From contig CAILAY010000159.1 of assembly GCA_903832285.1 (NCBI GenBank), positions 13,808 to 77,807 on the forward strand: 64,000 bases of DNA. Reading direction: 5' to 3'. Position 1 is the stretch's first letter. The number at the start of each line of letters is the position of its first letter. This DNA comes from an uncultured beta proteobacterium. GTDB lineage: Bacteria; Pseudomonadota; Gammaproteobacteria; Burkholderiales; Burkholderiaceae_C. The position numbers were made by a program, and so were the translations under genes. Of the stretch, positions 1 through 10,710 are shown one piece after another. The notes under the pieces are model-generated. The model was given only the letters and a program-made list of their open reading frames with translations. It was not told the DNA's origin and ran no database searches.

Positions 1-15
1 GAACGCCTGAGCGGA

Positions 16-333
16 TTACACCTGCATGTTCATGATGTCGTTGTACGCCTGCACCATGCGGTTGCGCACATTGAGCGTGGCCTGAAACCCGATCTGGGCT
101 TTCTGAATCGCCACCATGGTTTCTTCCAGGCTGACAGTGGGGTTTTCCAATTGCACTTGGCGCTGCAGGGCTTGCGCTTCATTCTGTGACGCACTCACGG
201 AATTGAGTGCACCCTTGAGAGCAGTGGAGAAGCCGGCGGAGGAGGCTTGCGGAGTAGGCGTGGTCAGGTTGCGCAACGCGGTCGCGGCGCGAAGCGGAGA
301 TTGAACGGAAACGGGCGACAGGCGCAGATCCAT
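16..333 (-). CDS. fliE: flagellar hook-basal body complex protein FliE
   Basis: 105-aa ORF with the conserved FliE C-terminus (..MVAIQKAQIGFQATLNVRNRMVQAYNDIMNMQV). Divergent from fliF, as in most flagellar loci. Confidence 0.9.
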   Translation of the reverse strand: MDLRLSPVSVQSPLRAATALRNLTTPTPQASSAGFSTALKGALNSVSASQNEAQALQRQVQLENPTVSLEETMVAIQKAQIGFQATLNVRNRMVQAYNDIMNMQV

Positions 334-513
334 GGTGTTCCTCCTGCTTGAGTGGTATCGCGTGAGAGTTGATCCTACCCGGCATCGCCGTTAAACGAGT
401 CTGCGAAATGGCGGGAAAACACCGGGCTTATTGGCCTAAAGCTTTGAAGCGATGCCAGAATAATGAGTCACGTCCCCGGTGCCTCCGGGCGCCCAGTTCA
501 CACGGAAATCAAG

Positions 514-2202
514 ATGTCAGCCCTTGCCGAAATACCCGCTCAATCTGCCGCTGCCTCCTTGAGCGGAAAACTGGGTGGCTTGCCGCGCGCCCAGATGCTG
601 CGCCTGGGTTTGGGCATCGTGGCCTTTTTGGCGGTGGTGATTGTCGGTGTGGTCATGGGACGCCAGGCTGAGTGGCGTGTACTGTATGCCAATCTTGCGG
701 ACAAGGATGGCGGCGCAGTGGTGGCGCAACTTTCGCAAATGAATGTGCCTTACCAATATGCGCCCGGCGGAGGCGCCATTCTGGTGCCCGCAGACAAGGT
801 CTACGACACGCGGCTGCGACTGGCTTCGCTGGGCTTGCCCAAGGGCTCTGTCACCGGCTTTGAACTGATGGATAGCAACCGTTTCGGGATGACGCAATTT
901 CAGGAACGGCTCACCTTTCAGCGTGGGCTCGAGGGTGAACTGACGCGCTCCATCCAGGCCCTGTCGTCGGTGCAGAGTGCTCGTGTGCACCTGGCGCTAC
1001 CGAACCAGAATGGCTTCTTCCGGGAGCAGCAAAAGCCCTCGGCTTCGGTGTTGGTGGGTCTGCAGCCCGGTCGCACACTGGATCGGGCCCAACTGGCCGG
1101 CATCATTCATCTCGTGTCATCGAGCGTGCCTGAGATGAGTCCGTCGGCGGTGTCTGTGCTGGACGACACCGGGAAGTTGCTGTCCAGCGCTTCAGACGGG
1201 ACCACCGGTGCGGTGGACGCACAGCAGTTGCAGTACGTGCAACAACTGGAGCAGCAGTACAACCGCCGCATTCTTGACATGCTGGAGCCCATGGTCGGGG
1301 CCAACAACGTGCGCGCGCAGGTCACGGCGGAAGTGGATTTTTCGCTGACCGAGTCCACCTCCGAGTCGCACAAACCGAATCAGGCGCCCGAAGTCGCCGC
1401 CATCCGCAGCCAGCAGGTGTCCGAAGCCGGCGCCGGTAATGCGGCCGCCACGCCGCCCACGGGTGTGCCGGGCGCCACCACGAACCAGCCGCCAGCGGCC
1501 TCCAGCGCGCCCATCAACGGCGCCTCGGCACCACTCGCGGCCGGCGGTGGCGGCGCACTTGCGACCGGCGCCAAGCGCGAATCCATCATCAACTATGAAG
1601 TGGACAAAACCACCCGGGTGGTGCGTGGCGCGACCGGTGTCATCAAACGCCTGAGCGCAGCGGTGGTGGTGAACTACATGACGAACCCGGAAGACAAGGG
1701 CAAGCCCGTGGCCAAACCATTGTCCGACCAGCAGATCGAAAAGATGACGGCGCTGGCACGCGAATCCATCGGCTTCAACAAGGACCGTGGTGACTCTGTG
1801 AATCTGATGAACGCACCCTTCGCCGTGGAAAAGACCAGTCTGGGCGAACTGCCGATCTGGCGCCAGCCCGAAGTGCAGGATCTGGCGCACAGCCTGGCCT
1901 GGCCGGTGGGAACCTTGCTCCTGGGCGCCCTGATGCTGATGGGTTTCGTGCGGCCCCTGCTCAAGGCGGTGGCGAGCAGGCCGACTGCCCAGCATGGGGC
2001 AGCGGCGGGCGGTCAACTTGACGCCGTTGTGGCCAACGACACGGCGCGACCGCAGCTTCCGCCGCCCATTAAAAGAGGTGAGCCGCAACCACCCACCGTG
2101 CATGAGCTGCGCCTGACGGATGCCCGACAACTGGCCAAGGACAATCCCATGGCGGTGGCAAATATTGTTAAATCGTGGGTCAATGGTGAGGCCGGTGCCT
2201 GA
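514..2202 (+). CDS. fliF: flagellar M-ring protein FliF
   Basis: N-terminal TM helix (LGLGIVAFLAVVIVGVV), YscJ/FliF-type periplasmic core, second TM helix (WPVGTLLLGALMLMGFV) and a C-terminal tail, followed by fliG. The ORF opens at 463. I chose ATG 514 (weak GGAAA upstream), so the start is uncertain. Confidence 0.9.
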   Translation: MSALAEIPAQSAAASLSGKLGGLPRAQMLRLGLGIVAFLAVVIVGVVMGRQAEWRVLYANLADKDGGAVVAQLSQMNVPYQYAPGGGAILVPADKVYDTRLRLASLGLPKGSVTGFELMDSNRFGMTQFQERLTFQRGLEGELTRSIQALSSVQSARVHLALPNQNGFFREQQKPSASVLVGLQPGRTLDRAQLAGIIHLVSSSVPEMSPSAVSVLDDTGKLLSSASDGTTGAVDAQQLQYVQQLEQQYNRRILDMLEPMVGANNVRAQVTAEVDFSLTESTSESHKPNQAPEVAAIRSQQVSEAGAGNAAATPPTGVPGATTNQPPAASSAPINGASAPLAAGGGGALATGAKRESIINYEVDKTTRVVRGATGVIKRLSAAVVVNYMTNPEDKGKPVAKPLSDQQIEKMTALARESIGFNKDRGDSVNLMNAPFAVEKTSLGELPIWRQPEVQDLAHSLAWPVGTLLLGALMLMGFVRPLLKAVASRPTAQHGAAAGGQLDAVVANDTARPQLPPPIKRGEPQPPTVHELRLTDARQLAKDNPMAVANIVKSWVNGEAGA

Positions 2203-2234
2203 CCGTTGCGGCAAAAGCTACTGACCTTCTGACC

Positions 2235-3230
2235 ATGGACGAGCAAGGACTCAACGACGCCGCCATCTTCCTGATGTCTCTGGGAGAGGAAGAAGCGGCG
2301 GCCGTGTTCAAACATTTCTCGCCCAAGGAAGTGCAGAAGCTGGGCGAGACCATTGCCAAAATCACGTCGGTTTCGCGCGAACGAGTGGACGATGTGGTGG
2401 GCAAGTTCGCGGTGGCGGCCGAGGCCCAGAGTCTGATCGTTTCGGATACCGGGAATTACGTCAGGGCCGTGCTCAAGCGCGCGCTGGGCGACGACAAGGC
2501 GTCACTGCTGATCGACCGTATCTTGCAGGGCGGGGACGTCTCCGGCATTGAAAGCCTGAAGTGGATGGACCCCTTTTCGGTGGCCGAACTCATGCGCAAC
2601 GAGCATCCGCAAATCGTGGCGGCGATTCTGGTGCATCTGGACTACGAACAGTCGTCAGCCGTGCTCAAACTTCTGGCTGACCGGCAGCGCAATGAGGTGC
2701 TGCTGCGCATCGCCACCATGGAAGGCATTCAGCCCATGGCGCTGAAGGATTTGAACGAGGTGCTGTTCAACGTGCTCGCCGGTGGCGACAAGGTGCGCAA
2801 GGCGTCCTTGGGCGGCATCAAGGCCACGGCGGAAATCGTGAATCTGCTGGGCAGCAATATCGAAGCGGTGGTGCTGGAGTCGATCCGCGCCCATGATCCG
2901 GATCTCGCACAAAAGATCACCGACAAGATGTTTGTCTTCGACGACATCATCAAACTGGACGACAAGGCGATCCAGTTGGTGCTCAAGGAGGTTTCCTCCG
3001 AGGCACTTATTCCCGCGCTCAAGGGCGCGTCGCCGGAGCTCAAGGAAAAGATCCTGGCCAACATGTCCACGCGCGCAGCCGACACCTTGCGCGAAGATCT
3101 GGATTCGCGTGGCCCGATGCGGCTGTCCGAAGTGGAGGCGCAGCAAAAGGAGATTCTCAAGACCGTGCGGCGCCTGGCCGACGAAGGTCAGATTGTGATT
3201 GGAGGCGGTGGTGAAGAAGCCTTCGTCTAG
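2235..3230 (+). CDS. fliG: flagellar motor switch protein FliG
   Basis: 331 aa of typical FliG length, with an N-terminal MSLGEEEAAAVFKHFSPKEVQKLG-type segment. Sits between fliF and fliH. Confidence 0.92.
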   Translation: MDEQGLNDAAIFLMSLGEEEAAAVFKHFSPKEVQKLGETIAKITSVSRERVDDVVGKFAVAAEAQSLIVSDTGNYVRAVLKRALGDDKASLLIDRILQGGDVSGIESLKWMDPFSVAELMRNEHPQIVAAILVHLDYEQSSAVLKLLADRQRNEVLLRIATMEGIQPMALKDLNEVLFNVLAGGDKVRKASLGGIKATAEIVNLLGSNIEAVVLESIRAHDPDLAQKITDKMFVFDDIIKLDDKAIQLVLKEVSSEALIPALKGASPELKEKILANMSTRAADTLREDLDSRGPMRLSEVEAQQKEILKTVRRLADEGQIVIGGGGEEAFV

Positions 3231-3921
3231 GGGTTCCATACACTCGCGCTTCGTTCCCAGCGAAGAAATCGACGCCGTCGCGCAATGGCATTTTTCTGCG
3301 GTCACGAGTGAAGTGATGGTAGAACGGCGCGCCGGCGCAACCCGCGTCGAGAGCGCGGCTCAGATGCTGAAGCTGGAGCAGGCCCGCGAAATCGCGCGCC
3401 AGGAAGGGCGCGAGGAGGGTTATGCCCGGGCCGGCGCGGAGGTGAAGCAGCAAATGGATGATTTCTACGAGCGTCAGGCGCATGCCACAGCCGAACGCCT
3501 GGCGCTTTGCGCCCAGGCGTTTGAGGCGCGCTGGGCCGCGGCCGAGCAGGCGCTGGCCCAAGGCGTGCTCGAGTTGTCGTGTGCGCTGGCGCGTCAGGTG
3601 GTGCGGCGTGAACTTGCCACCGACAGGAAGGCCCTGGAGCCTGTGATACGTGAGGCCCTGGGCTTGCTTGCGACCGATGCCCGCGCGATCGTGGTGCGCC
3701 TGCATCCGGCGGATTTCGGCCTGCTTGAGTCGGCGTTGCGTGAGTCTTTTGCTGGCGAGTCCCTGCTCTTCAGGCCCGACGCGGCCGTGCCCCCGGGTGG
3801 TTGCATGGTGGAGTCGGGCGGCATGACGGTGGATGGCACGCTGGAAAAACGTTGGGGGCGAACGGTTGCCATGCTGGGATTGAATGTCCCCTGGACCGAA
3901 GCGGAGGCCAGCGGTGCCTAA
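3199..3921 (+). CDS. fliH: flagellar assembly protein FliH
   Basis: 240-aa Ala/Glu/Arg-rich coiled-coil protein between fliG and fliI. C-terminal FliH/YscL-like part (..[32 protein letters not shown]). The listed start is a TTG overlapping the fliG end; in-frame GTGs lie at 3208 and 3211, so the start is uncertain. Confidence 0.8.
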   Translation: MEAVVKKPSSRGSIHSRFVPSEEIDAVAQWHFSAVTSEVMVERRAGATRVESAAQMLKLEQAREIARQEGREEGYARAGAEVKQQMDDFYERQAHATAERLALCAQAFEARWAAAEQALAQGVLELSCALARQVVRRELATDRKALEPVIREALGLLATDARAIVVRLHPADFGLLESALRESFAGESLLFRPDAAVPPGGCMVESGGMTVDGTLEKRWGRTVAMLGLNVPWTEAEASGA

Positions 3922-5323
3922 CAGCAGCAGCCATTGGGAGCGTTTCATGCACGATGCGCAGCACCGGGTGGATTTGGGTTGCACGCTGGAAGCCCGTGGC
4001 ACGCTCACCCGTCTGACCGGCATGGTGCTGGAGGCCACCGGCATACGTGAACCCGTGGGCTCGCAGTGTCTGGTGACGATGGGCTCGCAGCCGGGGGTGC
4101 TGGCCGAGGTTGTCGGATTCTCCAGCGACCGTGCCTACCTCATGCCGGCGGGCGATGTGCACGGCCTGTCCAGCGGCGCCAGCGTGGCACCGACGGCGCC
4201 CTACATCCCTGCGCCGCGCCTGGGTGAAAGCGTGCCGCTGCCAATCAGTTACAGCGGTGGTCCGTTGCGGCTTCCCCTGGGCGACGGCTTGCTGGGCCGC
4301 GTGGTCGATTCCCAAGGCGCGCCGATGGACCACCTGGGGCCGCTGCTGAACGTCAAATCGCAGGCTCTGAACCGCGCCGCCATCAACGCCATGGACCGCG
4401 ACCCCGTGCGCGAAGTGCTGGACACCGGCATACGCGCCATCAATGCCCTGTTGACCGTGGGCCGTGGACAGCGCCTGGGCCTGTTCTCGGGGTCCGGCGT
4501 GGGCAAGAGCGTGTTGCTGGGCATGATGGCGCGCTACACCCGTGCCGATGTGATCGTGGTCGGTCTCATCGGCGAACGCGGACGCGAGGTCAAGGAGTTC
4601 ATCGAAGACATTCTGGGCGACGAGGGGCGCGCGCGCTCGGTTGTCGTGGCGGCCCCGGCGGACGCACCGCCGCTGTTGCGCATGCAGGGCGCAGCCTATG
4701 CGACGGCGGTGGCCGAATACTTTCGCGACAAGGGTCAGCACGTGCTGTTGCTGATGGATTCGCTTACACGCTACGCCATGGCGCAGCGCGAAATTGCCCT
4801 GGCCATCGGCGAGCCGCCCGCGACCAAGGGTTATCCACCATCCTGTTTTGCGCGCTTGCCCCAGTTGGTCGAGCGCAGTGGCAACGGTCTGAATGGTGTC
4901 GGATCGATCACGGCTTTTTATACCGTGCTGTCCGAAGGCGACGACCAGCAGGATCCGATTGCCGATGCGGCGCGCGCCATTCTGGACGGGCATGTCGTGC
5001 TCTCGCGTTCGCTGGCCGAGGCGGGGCACTTCCCGGCCATCGATATTGAGCAGTCAACCTCACGCGTGATGAACAACGTGGTTTCACGTCCCCAGTTCGA
5101 ATTGGCGCGGCGCTTTCGCGGGGTTCATTCCCGCTACGAGAAGAGCCGTGATCTGGTGCGCATTGGTGCCTACGTCAGTGGCTCAGATGCGGCGCTGGAC
5201 GAGGCGATCCGCTTCCATGACGCCATGAGCGGATTCCTGCAGCAGGACATGCATGTCAGCGCCTCTTTGCACGACAGCTTTTCGGGTATGGCACAGTCGC
5301 TCGAAGCAGGGGGTGCGACATGA
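3914..5323 (+). CDS. fliI: flagellum-specific ATPase FliI
   Basis: Walker A GSGVGKS, Walker B-type [13 protein letters not shown]1/T3SS ATPase fold. I prefer GTG 3914, which has a GGAGG 6 nt upstream and overlaps the fliH stop. That start keeps the conserved N-terminal [20 protein letters not shown] segment. The ORF opens at 3884. Confidence 0.93.
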   Translation: MPNSSSHWERFMHDAQHRVDLGCTLEARGTLTRLTGMVLEATGIREPVGSQCLVTMGSQPGVLAEVVGFSSDRAYLMPAGDVHGLSSGASVAPTAPYIPAPRLGESVPLPISYSGGPLRLPLGDGLLGRVVDSQGAPMDHLGPLLNVKSQALNRAAINAMDRDPVREVLDTGIRAINALLTVGRGQRLGLFSGSGVGKSVLLGMMARYTRADVIVVGLIGERGREVKEFIEDILGDEGRARSVVVAAPADAPPLLRMQGAAYATAVAEYFRDKGQHVLLLMDSLTRYAMAQREIALAIGEPPATKGYPPSCFARLPQLVERSGNGLNGVGSITAFYTVLSEGDDQQDPIADAARAILDGHVVLSRSLAEAGHFPAIDIEQSTSRVMNNVVSRPQFELARRFRGVHSRYEKSRDLVRIGAYVSGSDAALDEAIRFHDAMSGFLQQDMHVSASLHDSFSGMAQSLEAGGAT

Positions 5324-5811
5324 CGGGTCTGTCCAGCATGCAACTCGCGGTTGAGATTGCCACTCGTGAGCGTGATCAGCTGCGCCAGGAACTCGCACGG
5401 GCGCAGGCGGCATGTGCAGGCGCACAGGAACAGTTCAACCAGCTCGAGGGCTACGCGCAGGAGACGCAGACGCGCTGGGTCGCGAAGTCGCAGATACAGT
5501 CCGCCCCCGAAGTCATGCGTCACTATTATCAATTCATGGACAAGCTGTACCACGCCATTGCGCTGCAGACCCAGGCGCTGCAAGAGGCGCAGCGGCGCTT
5601 GCAAGCGCAACAGGATTTGCTGCTGGAGGCCGAGTTCAAGCTCGCCAGTCGACAGACGGTACGCGACGACATGCGGCGTGCGGCGAGTGTGAAGCGCGGC
5701 AAGATTGAACAGAAGCAGTTCGATGAAATGGCGGCGCTTCAGCATCGCCAGAACCGGATAGAACACGAGCGCGAGGCATTGCGGGACAGGTCGCGCCCCG
5801 CGCTCAAATGA
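5320..5811 (+). CDS. fliJ: flagellar export chaperone FliJ
   Basis: 163-aa all-helical coiled-coil protein directly after fliI, with an ATGA start/stop overlap. Confidence 0.85.
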   Translation: MTGLSSMQLAVEIATRERDQLRQELARAQAACAGAQEQFNQLEGYAQETQTRWVAKSQIQSAPEVMRHYYQFMDKLYHAIALQTQALQEAQRRLQAQQDLLLEAEFKLASRQTVRDDMRRAASVKRGKIEQKQFDEMAALQHRQNRIEHEREALRDRSRPALK

Positions 5812-5886
5812 TGGTTAACGTGAAGGGTGGCAGGGCAGTCAGCAGTGGGGTCGTGCGCCACGCTGTCCCAACCGATTGGAGAAACC

Positions 5887-7428
5887 ATGAGTATTGAATG
5901 CACCTCGTTGCCCCAAGCCGGGCCGAGCGGATCTCGACCGCCGACCGCGGGCGCCGTGACGGGCCAGCAGGCCCGTGGATTCGCCGCCGTTTTGCAGGGA
6001 ATGGGCGACGCGACCCCGGCGGCAACGGCGACGACTCAGGCTCTGACATCGAATCCGGCGACCTCGGCCGCATCCGCGACCGCAACCGCAGTCGAAGCCA
6101 CAACCGGAGCCGCCCCCACAGCCGCAACAGCAGCAGCGGAGGCAGCCGCCGCCGCAACTGTGACAGCGAATGCAACGTCGGCGGAACCGGTGGGTCATGA
6201 ACCGGTGCCGAATCAGGATCAGGCAATCACCTTTGATGCGCGAGCACTGAGCGTTGTCGCCGTGGCGCCGGCGGCAAAGAAAACTGCGGACGTGCATGCC
6301 CCTGGCGTGGTGCCTGGCGCGGGTCCTGAAGGCGTTGCGCAGGCATTGCTGGCGCAGTTCCTGGGCCTGGCCGGAAGCCAAGGCACGCAGGCCACTGGCA
6401 CGGTTGCCGGGAGCGCAGCCATCATTGAGGGTGCCACGGGCAGCAACGGCATAGCGCGTGCTGATTTGGCGAAGACACCACAAACATCGACCACACAGCC
6501 CCTACCCGAAGGAACGGCTCCGCCTTCAAATTTTCCCATGGCAATGGCCAATGCCACGCCCGCACGGCCGTGGGAGGGGGGCCATTTGGCCCAGGCTGGA
6601 GGTGCAGAAGCGTCCAGTCCCGCAGGCGATACAGCAGGCGCTACGCGATGGTTTGCGAGCGCCAGAACGCAGGGGCAGATCCCGTGGCAATCGACCGTTG
6701 CCACGCAAATCGCTGCACCGCTTGCGACCCGGTCCGCAGCGCAGGAATCGCAGCTGCGCCAAATGGGCGGGCGAGATGCAAGCAACGAAGCCGCGACTCA
6801 GCCAGCGTCGATCTTGGGGAACAGCGCCACCACACCGGGACCGTTGGCGGCCCTGACTTCATCGGAGTCGACTGCAGGTGGCTCCGCCCGTCGTCGCTTC
6901 GGCGCCGAGGGCGGACCTGAAGTGACCCGCATGGACGCGCCAGCGTCGGCCGCGATGGGCGGCGCGGTGCTCGACTCGACCCAGACGGGCGTGGTGGCGG
7001 GCACGGCGACTTCCTCGGGACAAACGCTGGAACGCGCGGTCGCCGAGCAGGTGAAATACTGGATTTCCAACGATGTTCACAATGCCCAACTGAAGCTCGA
7101 CGGGCTGGGCCCGGAGTCCGTGCAGGTGAGTATTTCCATGTCTGGCAATCAGGCTCAGGTGGTCTTCAGGAGCGACCTTGCGCAAACACGGGAGTTGCTG
7201 GGCAACGCCATGGCGCAGCTCGATCAGATGCTGAATGCGCAGGGCCTCACGCTGTCGGGGGCCTGGGTGGGCAGTTCTGGCCAACAGGGACAGTTTGGTG
7301 CGCAATCCCAGTCGTCACAGGCAGCGCCACAGCGCACTACCACTGCACCGCAGGGGCAGGCGGTGGAACTCAGCGCACCCGCCAGAAGGAGCGCGCCCTC
7401 CGACCGTGCCGTGGACCTCTTTGTCTGA
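5887..7428 (+). CDS. fliK: flagellar hook-length control protein FliK
   Basis: Long Ala/Thr/Pro/Gly-rich low-complexity N-terminal part plus a FliK C-terminal domain (..VKYWISNDVHNAQLKLDGLGPESVQVSISMSGNQAQVVFRSD..). ATG 5887 is preceded by GGAGA. Sits after fliJ. Confidence 0.85.
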   Translation: MSIECTSLPQAGPSGSRPPTAGAVTGQQARGFAAVLQGMGDATPAATATTQALTSNPATSAASATATAVEATTGAAPTAATAAAEAAAAATVTANATSAEPVGHEPVPNQDQAITFDARALSVVAVAPAAKKTADVHAPGVVPGAGPEGVAQALLAQFLGLAGSQGTQATGTVAGSAAIIEGATGSNGIARADLAKTPQTSTTQPLPEGTAPPSNFPMAMANATPARPWEGGHLAQAGGAEASSPAGDTAGATRWFASARTQGQIPWQSTVATQIAAPLATRSAAQESQLRQMGGRDASNEAATQPASILGNSATTPGPLAALTSSESTAGGSARRRFGAEGGPEVTRMDAPASAAMGGAVLDSTQTGVVAGTATSSGQTLERAVAEQVKYWISNDVHNAQLKLDGLGPESVQVSISMSGNQAQVVFRSDLAQTRELLGNAMAQLDQMLNAQGLTLSGAWVGSSGQQGQFGAQSQSSQAAPQRTTTAPQGQAVELSAPARRSAPSDRAVDLFV

Positions 7429-7584
7429 GTCCATGCGCCGGCTTCGTCGCGGTCATGTCGCGGCGAAAGCGGCAGCTTTCAGGTCTTTTTCGGGCGTTCG
7501 CTTCCGCCGGGAGGGCGATAATGGCAGTGCGTGCAGCGGGACTTGCCGGTTGCTGCCGCCTATTCGATCAACCAAGGAACTGCC

Positions 7585-8175
7585 GTGTCTGCTCCCGCTG
7601 CTGCTGCCACCGAAGAAGCCCCATTTGCCAAACCCAAAAGGAGCAAGAAGCTGCTGATCATTGTGGCACTGGCGCTCGTGCTGGTGGCTGCAGCGGTGGG
7701 TGGCTGGGTCTTCTGGAGCAAACACAACGCGCCTGCGGATGAGGCCGATGCCGAGGAAGTTGCCGCTGCCCATGCCGCGGCCAAAGGGCCCCCGACTTTC
7801 CTGCCGCTGGAAAACATGGTGGTCAATCTGGCCGACCCCGGGGGTGAACGCATGGCGCAAATTGGCATCACCATTGAAATGGCGGACGCCCACTCGGCAG
7901 ACAAGGTCAAGCTGTATCTACCCAGCATACGCAGCGGAATCCTGATGCTGATTTCCCAGCGCACGTCGACCGAACTGCTGCAGCGCGAGGGCAAAGAAAA
8001 GCTGGCGGAAGACATCAAACTGGAGGTATCTCGACCGCTGGGTTTTGCCGTGGATACGCACGTTGCGAAGCCCGTCAAAAAAGAAAAGGCGGGAGGCAAG
8101 AAGAAGAAGGAAGCGGAGCCGGTCGAGGCCAATCCGGTGCAAGGCGTTCTCTTCTCCAGTTTCATCGTCCAGTGA
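7585..8175 (+). CDS. fliL: flagellar basal body-associated protein FliL
   Basis: Single TM helix (LLIIVALALVLVAAAVGGWVF) followed by a FliL core (FLPLENMVVNLAD..AQIGITIEM..LPSIRSGILMLISQ). GTG 7585 has AAGGA 7 nt upstream; the ORF opens at 7531. There is an unusual Lys-rich insertion (KKEKAGGKKKKE) near the C-terminus. Confidence 0.85.
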   Translation: MSAPAAAATEEAPFAKPKRSKKLLIIVALALVLVAAAVGGWVFWSKHNAPADEADAEEVAAAHAAAKGPPTFLPLENMVVNLADPGGERMAQIGITIEMADAHSADKVKLYLPSIRSGILMLISQRTSTELLQREGKEKLAEDIKLEVSRPLGFAVDTHVAKPVKKEKAGGKKKKEAEPVEANPVQGVLFSSFIVQ

Positions 8176-8197
8176 GCGACGCACAGGCGCACAGAAA

Positions 8198-9205
8198 ATG
8201 AGTGAATCCTTTCTTTCCCAGGAAGAGGTAGACGCACTGCTCGAAGGTGTGACCGGCGAGAGCCAGAAAGCGGTTGAGGAAGTCCACGCCAAGGGCGAGG
8301 CCCGTACCTACGATATTTCCAGCCAGGAACGTATCGTTCGCGGGCGCATGCCGACCATGGAAATTGTGAACGAGCGCTTCGCCCGGAATTTCCGGGTGGG
8401 GTTGTTCAACTTCATCCGACGCAGCCCGGAAATATCGGTCGGCCCGGTGACGGTGCACAAATACAGCGCCTTCCTGCGCGAGCTGGCGGTGCCGACCAAT
8501 TTCAACATCGTGGCGATCCGCCCATTGCGGGGCAGCGGCCTGATCGTATGCGAGCCCGCGCTTGTGTTTGGCGTGATCGACACCCTGTTCGGTGGTATTG
8601 GAAAGTTCCAGACTCGAATCGAGGGGAGGGACTTTTCCGCGACGGAGCAGCGGGTCATCAACCGGCTGGTGGACGTCGTCAGCGCTGAATACAAGAAGGC
8701 CTGGACCGGCATCTACCCCATGGAACTGGAATATCAGCGCTCAGAAATGCAGCCCCAGTTTGCCAACATCGCCACCCCCAGCGAGATTGTGGTGACCACG
8801 GCCTTTCAGTTGGAGATAGGCGACATCGCCGGCTCCATTCACATCTGCATGCCCTATGCGGCACTGGAGCCGATTCGCGATGTGCTCTACGCGTCCAGCC
8901 AGGGTGACTCGGTGGAGGTGGACCGCCGTTGGGTGAAGTTGCTGACACGCGAAATTCAGGCCGCACCGGTAACTCTGGTGGCCGAACTGGCGCGCACCCA
9001 TGCCACCGTGGAGCAGTTGCTGGCGATGAAGGCGGGGGACTTCATCGAGCTGGATCGGGAGCCAAAGATTCAAGCCAATATCGGTGGTGTGCCGGTTTTC
9101 GAATGCCAGTATGGGACCCACAACGCCAAGTACGCCGTACGCGTGGACAAGTGCCTCAGAGGCCACGATCTGATTGCTCCGGGAGATAAACATCATGTCA
9201 ACTGA
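8198..9205 (+). CDS. fliM: flagellar motor switch protein FliM
   Basis: N-terminal CheY-P-binding motif region (MSESFLSQEEVDALLEG) and a FliM middle domain. The ORF track extends to 8045, but that part overlaps fliL and is Arg/Ser-rich nonsense. Confidence 0.92.
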   Translation: MSESFLSQEEVDALLEGVTGESQKAVEEVHAKGEARTYDISSQERIVRGRMPTMEIVNERFARNFRVGLFNFIRRSPEISVGPVTVHKYSAFLRELAVPTNFNIVAIRPLRGSGLIVCEPALVFGVIDTLFGGIGKFQTRIEGRDFSATEQRVINRLVDVVSAEYKKAWTGIYPMELEYQRSEMQPQFANIATPSEIVVTTAFQLEIGDIAGSIHICMPYAALEPIRDVLYASSQGDSVEVDRRWVKLLTREIQAAPVTLVAELARTHATVEQLLAMKAGDFIELDREPKIQANIGGVPVFECQYGTHNAKYAVRVDKCLRGHDLIAPGDKHHVN

Positions 9206-9620
9206 CGACAACAAGCCAGCCGAAGAAGATCCCATGGCGGCATGGGCCGAGGCGCTGGAAGAGCAAAAGGGCGGCACCGACGGCGACCAGGGCGGCCCGC
9301 TGACGGGCGAAGCGGTGCGGCCGTTTACCACCTCGGCGGCGGATGCACCGCTGACCGATATTGATCGGGTGCTGGACATCCCGGTGCAGTTGTCGGTGGA
9401 GTTGGGACGCACCAAGGTACCCATCAAATACATCCTGCAGTTGGGTCAGGGTTCGGTGGTCGAACTCGACGCTCTGGCGGGGGAACCCATGGACGTGCTG
9501 GTCAACGGCTACCTTATCGCGCAAGGCGAGGTGGTGGTGGTGAACGACAAGTTCGGCATTCGATTGACCGATGTGGTGACGCCCTCGGAGCGGCTCAAAC
9601 GGGTCAGCAGAGGCGGTTGA
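9195..9620 (+). CDS. fliN: flagellar motor switch protein FliN
   Basis: C-terminal SpoA/FliN domain (IPVQLSVELGRTKVPIKYILQLGQGSVVELD..GEPMDVLVNGYLIAQGEVVVVNDKFGIRL). Confidence 0.92.
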   Translation: MSTDDNKPAEEDPMAAWAEALEEQKGGTDGDQGGPLTGEAVRPFTTSAADAPLTDIDRVLDIPVQLSVELGRTKVPIKYILQLGQGSVVELDALAGEPMDVLVNGYLIAQGEVVVVNDKFGIRLTDVVTPSERLKRVSRGG

Positions 9621-9623
9621 ATA

Positions 9624-9932
9624 GTGACTCAATCGATCATCACGGTCGTGATTTTTGTCGTGCTGCTGGCCTTGCTGCCGATGGCGGTGAAGCGCATCAC
9701 GCAACGGCGCTTGGGGGCCATGGGCGCGGAGCTGGCTTCATCCAAGCTGATTTCGGTGCTTGCGGTGGGACCCCAGCAGCGTGTCGTAACGGTTGAAGTG
9801 GGGCCCACAGGCGCGCGCACCTGGCTGGTGCTGGGCGTAACCCAACAAAGCATCACCACCCTGCACACCTTGACACCCGTAAGTCCACCTGTGGCCGACG
9901 CGGTGCCGTTCAGCGTGTCGCAGGTGAACTGA
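9624..9932 (+). CDS. fliO: flagellar biosynthetic protein FliO
   Basis: 102-aa protein with one N-terminal TM helix, placed between fliN and fliP. GTG start. Confidence 0.8.
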   Translation: MTQSIITVVIFVVLLALLPMAVKRITQRRLGAMGAELASSKLISVLAVGPQQRVVTVEVGPTGARTWLVLGVTQQSITTLHTLTPVSPPVADAVPFSVSQVN

Positions 9933-9933
9933 T

Positions 9934-10710
9934 ATGGCTCGTGTGATCGATCACATGCACCGCCGAACCAACACGCTGCGCTACCTGGGTGCGGCGATGC
10001 TGCTGCTGGCACTGGCGCCAGCGTGGGCGCAGACTGCGGGGCAGTTGCCGCTGCTGGTGGGCACGGGCGGTTCGGGCATGAGTTTTTCGGTGCCGATCCA
10101 GACGCTGCTGTTTTTTACCGCGCTCTCGTTCCTGCCGGCGATTTTGCTCATGATGACCGGCTTCACGCGCATCGTGATTGTGCTGTCGCTGCTGCGGCAA
10201 GCCCTCGGAACCCAGTCCGCACCCCCCAATCAGGTCATCATCGGCCTCTCCCTGTTCCTCACGTTTTTTGTCATGGGTCCGACCCTGGACCGCGTCTACC
10301 GCGATGCGTACGTACCCTACAGCACCAACGCCATGTCCTTTGAAGACGCGCTGGCCAAGGCAGAGACTCCGATGCGCGAATTCATGACCAAGCAGACGCG
10401 GCAATCGGACTTCGCACTCTTCGCCAAACTGGCCAAGCTGGACCCGGCGGCAACCCCTAAAGACGCGCCGATGCGTGTCATCATTCCAGCCTTTGTCACG
10501 AGCGAGCTCAAGTCGGCGTTCCAGATTGGTTTCATGATCTTCATTCCGTTTCTGGTGATCGACATGGTGGTGGCAAGCGTGCTGATGTCGCTGGGCATGA
10601 TGATGCTGTCTCCGGTGCTGGTGTCGCTGCCGTTCAAGCTCATGCTGTTTGTTTTGGCCGATGGCTGGAATCTGTTGATCGGTTCCCTGGCTGCGAGTTT
10701 TGTGCAATGA
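9934..10710 (+). CDS. fliP: flagellar type III export apparatus protein FliP
   Basis: Signal peptide followed by a polytopic FliP core (..[65 protein letters not shown]). Confidence 0.95.
   Translation: MARVIDHMHRRTNTLRYLGAAMLLLALAPAWAQTAGQLPLLVGTGGSGMSFSVPIQTLLFFTALSFLPAILLMMTGFTRIVIVLSLLRQALGTQSAPPNQVIIGLSLFLTFFVMGPTLDRVYRDAYVPYSTNAMSFEDALAKAETPMREFMTKQTRQSDFALFAKLAKLDPAATPKDAPMRVIIPAFVTSELKSAFQIGFMIFIPFLVIDMVVASVLMSLGMMMLSPVLVSLPFKLMLFVLADGWNLLIGSLAASFVQ

Noticed and set aside
432-447. Sigma-54-like element TGGCCTAAAGCTTTGA in the fliE/fliF divergent region.
   Set aside because: The GG dinucleotide is present, but the -12 element reads TTTGA rather than TTGC (GG-N10-TG instead of GG-N10-GC). 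No enhancer-binding-protein gene is nearby. This is too weak to call.
1192-2214. 340-aa minus-strand ORF antisense to fliF. Similar long shadow ORFs occur at 3770-5029, 9910-10707, 11079-11756 and 15856-16707.
   Set aside because: These ORFs lie fully inside well-supported genes on the other strand. Their composition is Arg/Gly/His/Pro-rich, as expected for out-of-frame or antisense reading of GC-rich DNA. They show no recognisable motifs.
6000-6200. Apparent repeats (GCN-ACN runs, Ala/Thr tracts) in fliK.
   Set aside because: This is low-complexity coding sequence typical of the FliK ruler region, not exact tandem repeats. There is no defined unit.
7514-7521. GGCGATAA, a 7/8 match to the sigma-28 -10 element GCCGATAA, 64 nt upstream of fliL.
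   Set aside because: No TAAA-type -35 element lies at the required ~15-nt spacing (the sequence there is CGTT). A lone -10-like octamer is not sufficient. It might still be an internal promoter, but it is unsupported.
8045-8197. N-terminal extension of the fliM ORF (MPWIRTLRSPSKKKRREARRRRKRSRSRP...).
   Set aside because: It overlaps the fliL 3' end in another frame. It is a reading of the purine-rich Lys-coding stretch of fliL. The canonical FliM N-terminus (MSESFLSQEEVDALL) begins at 8198.
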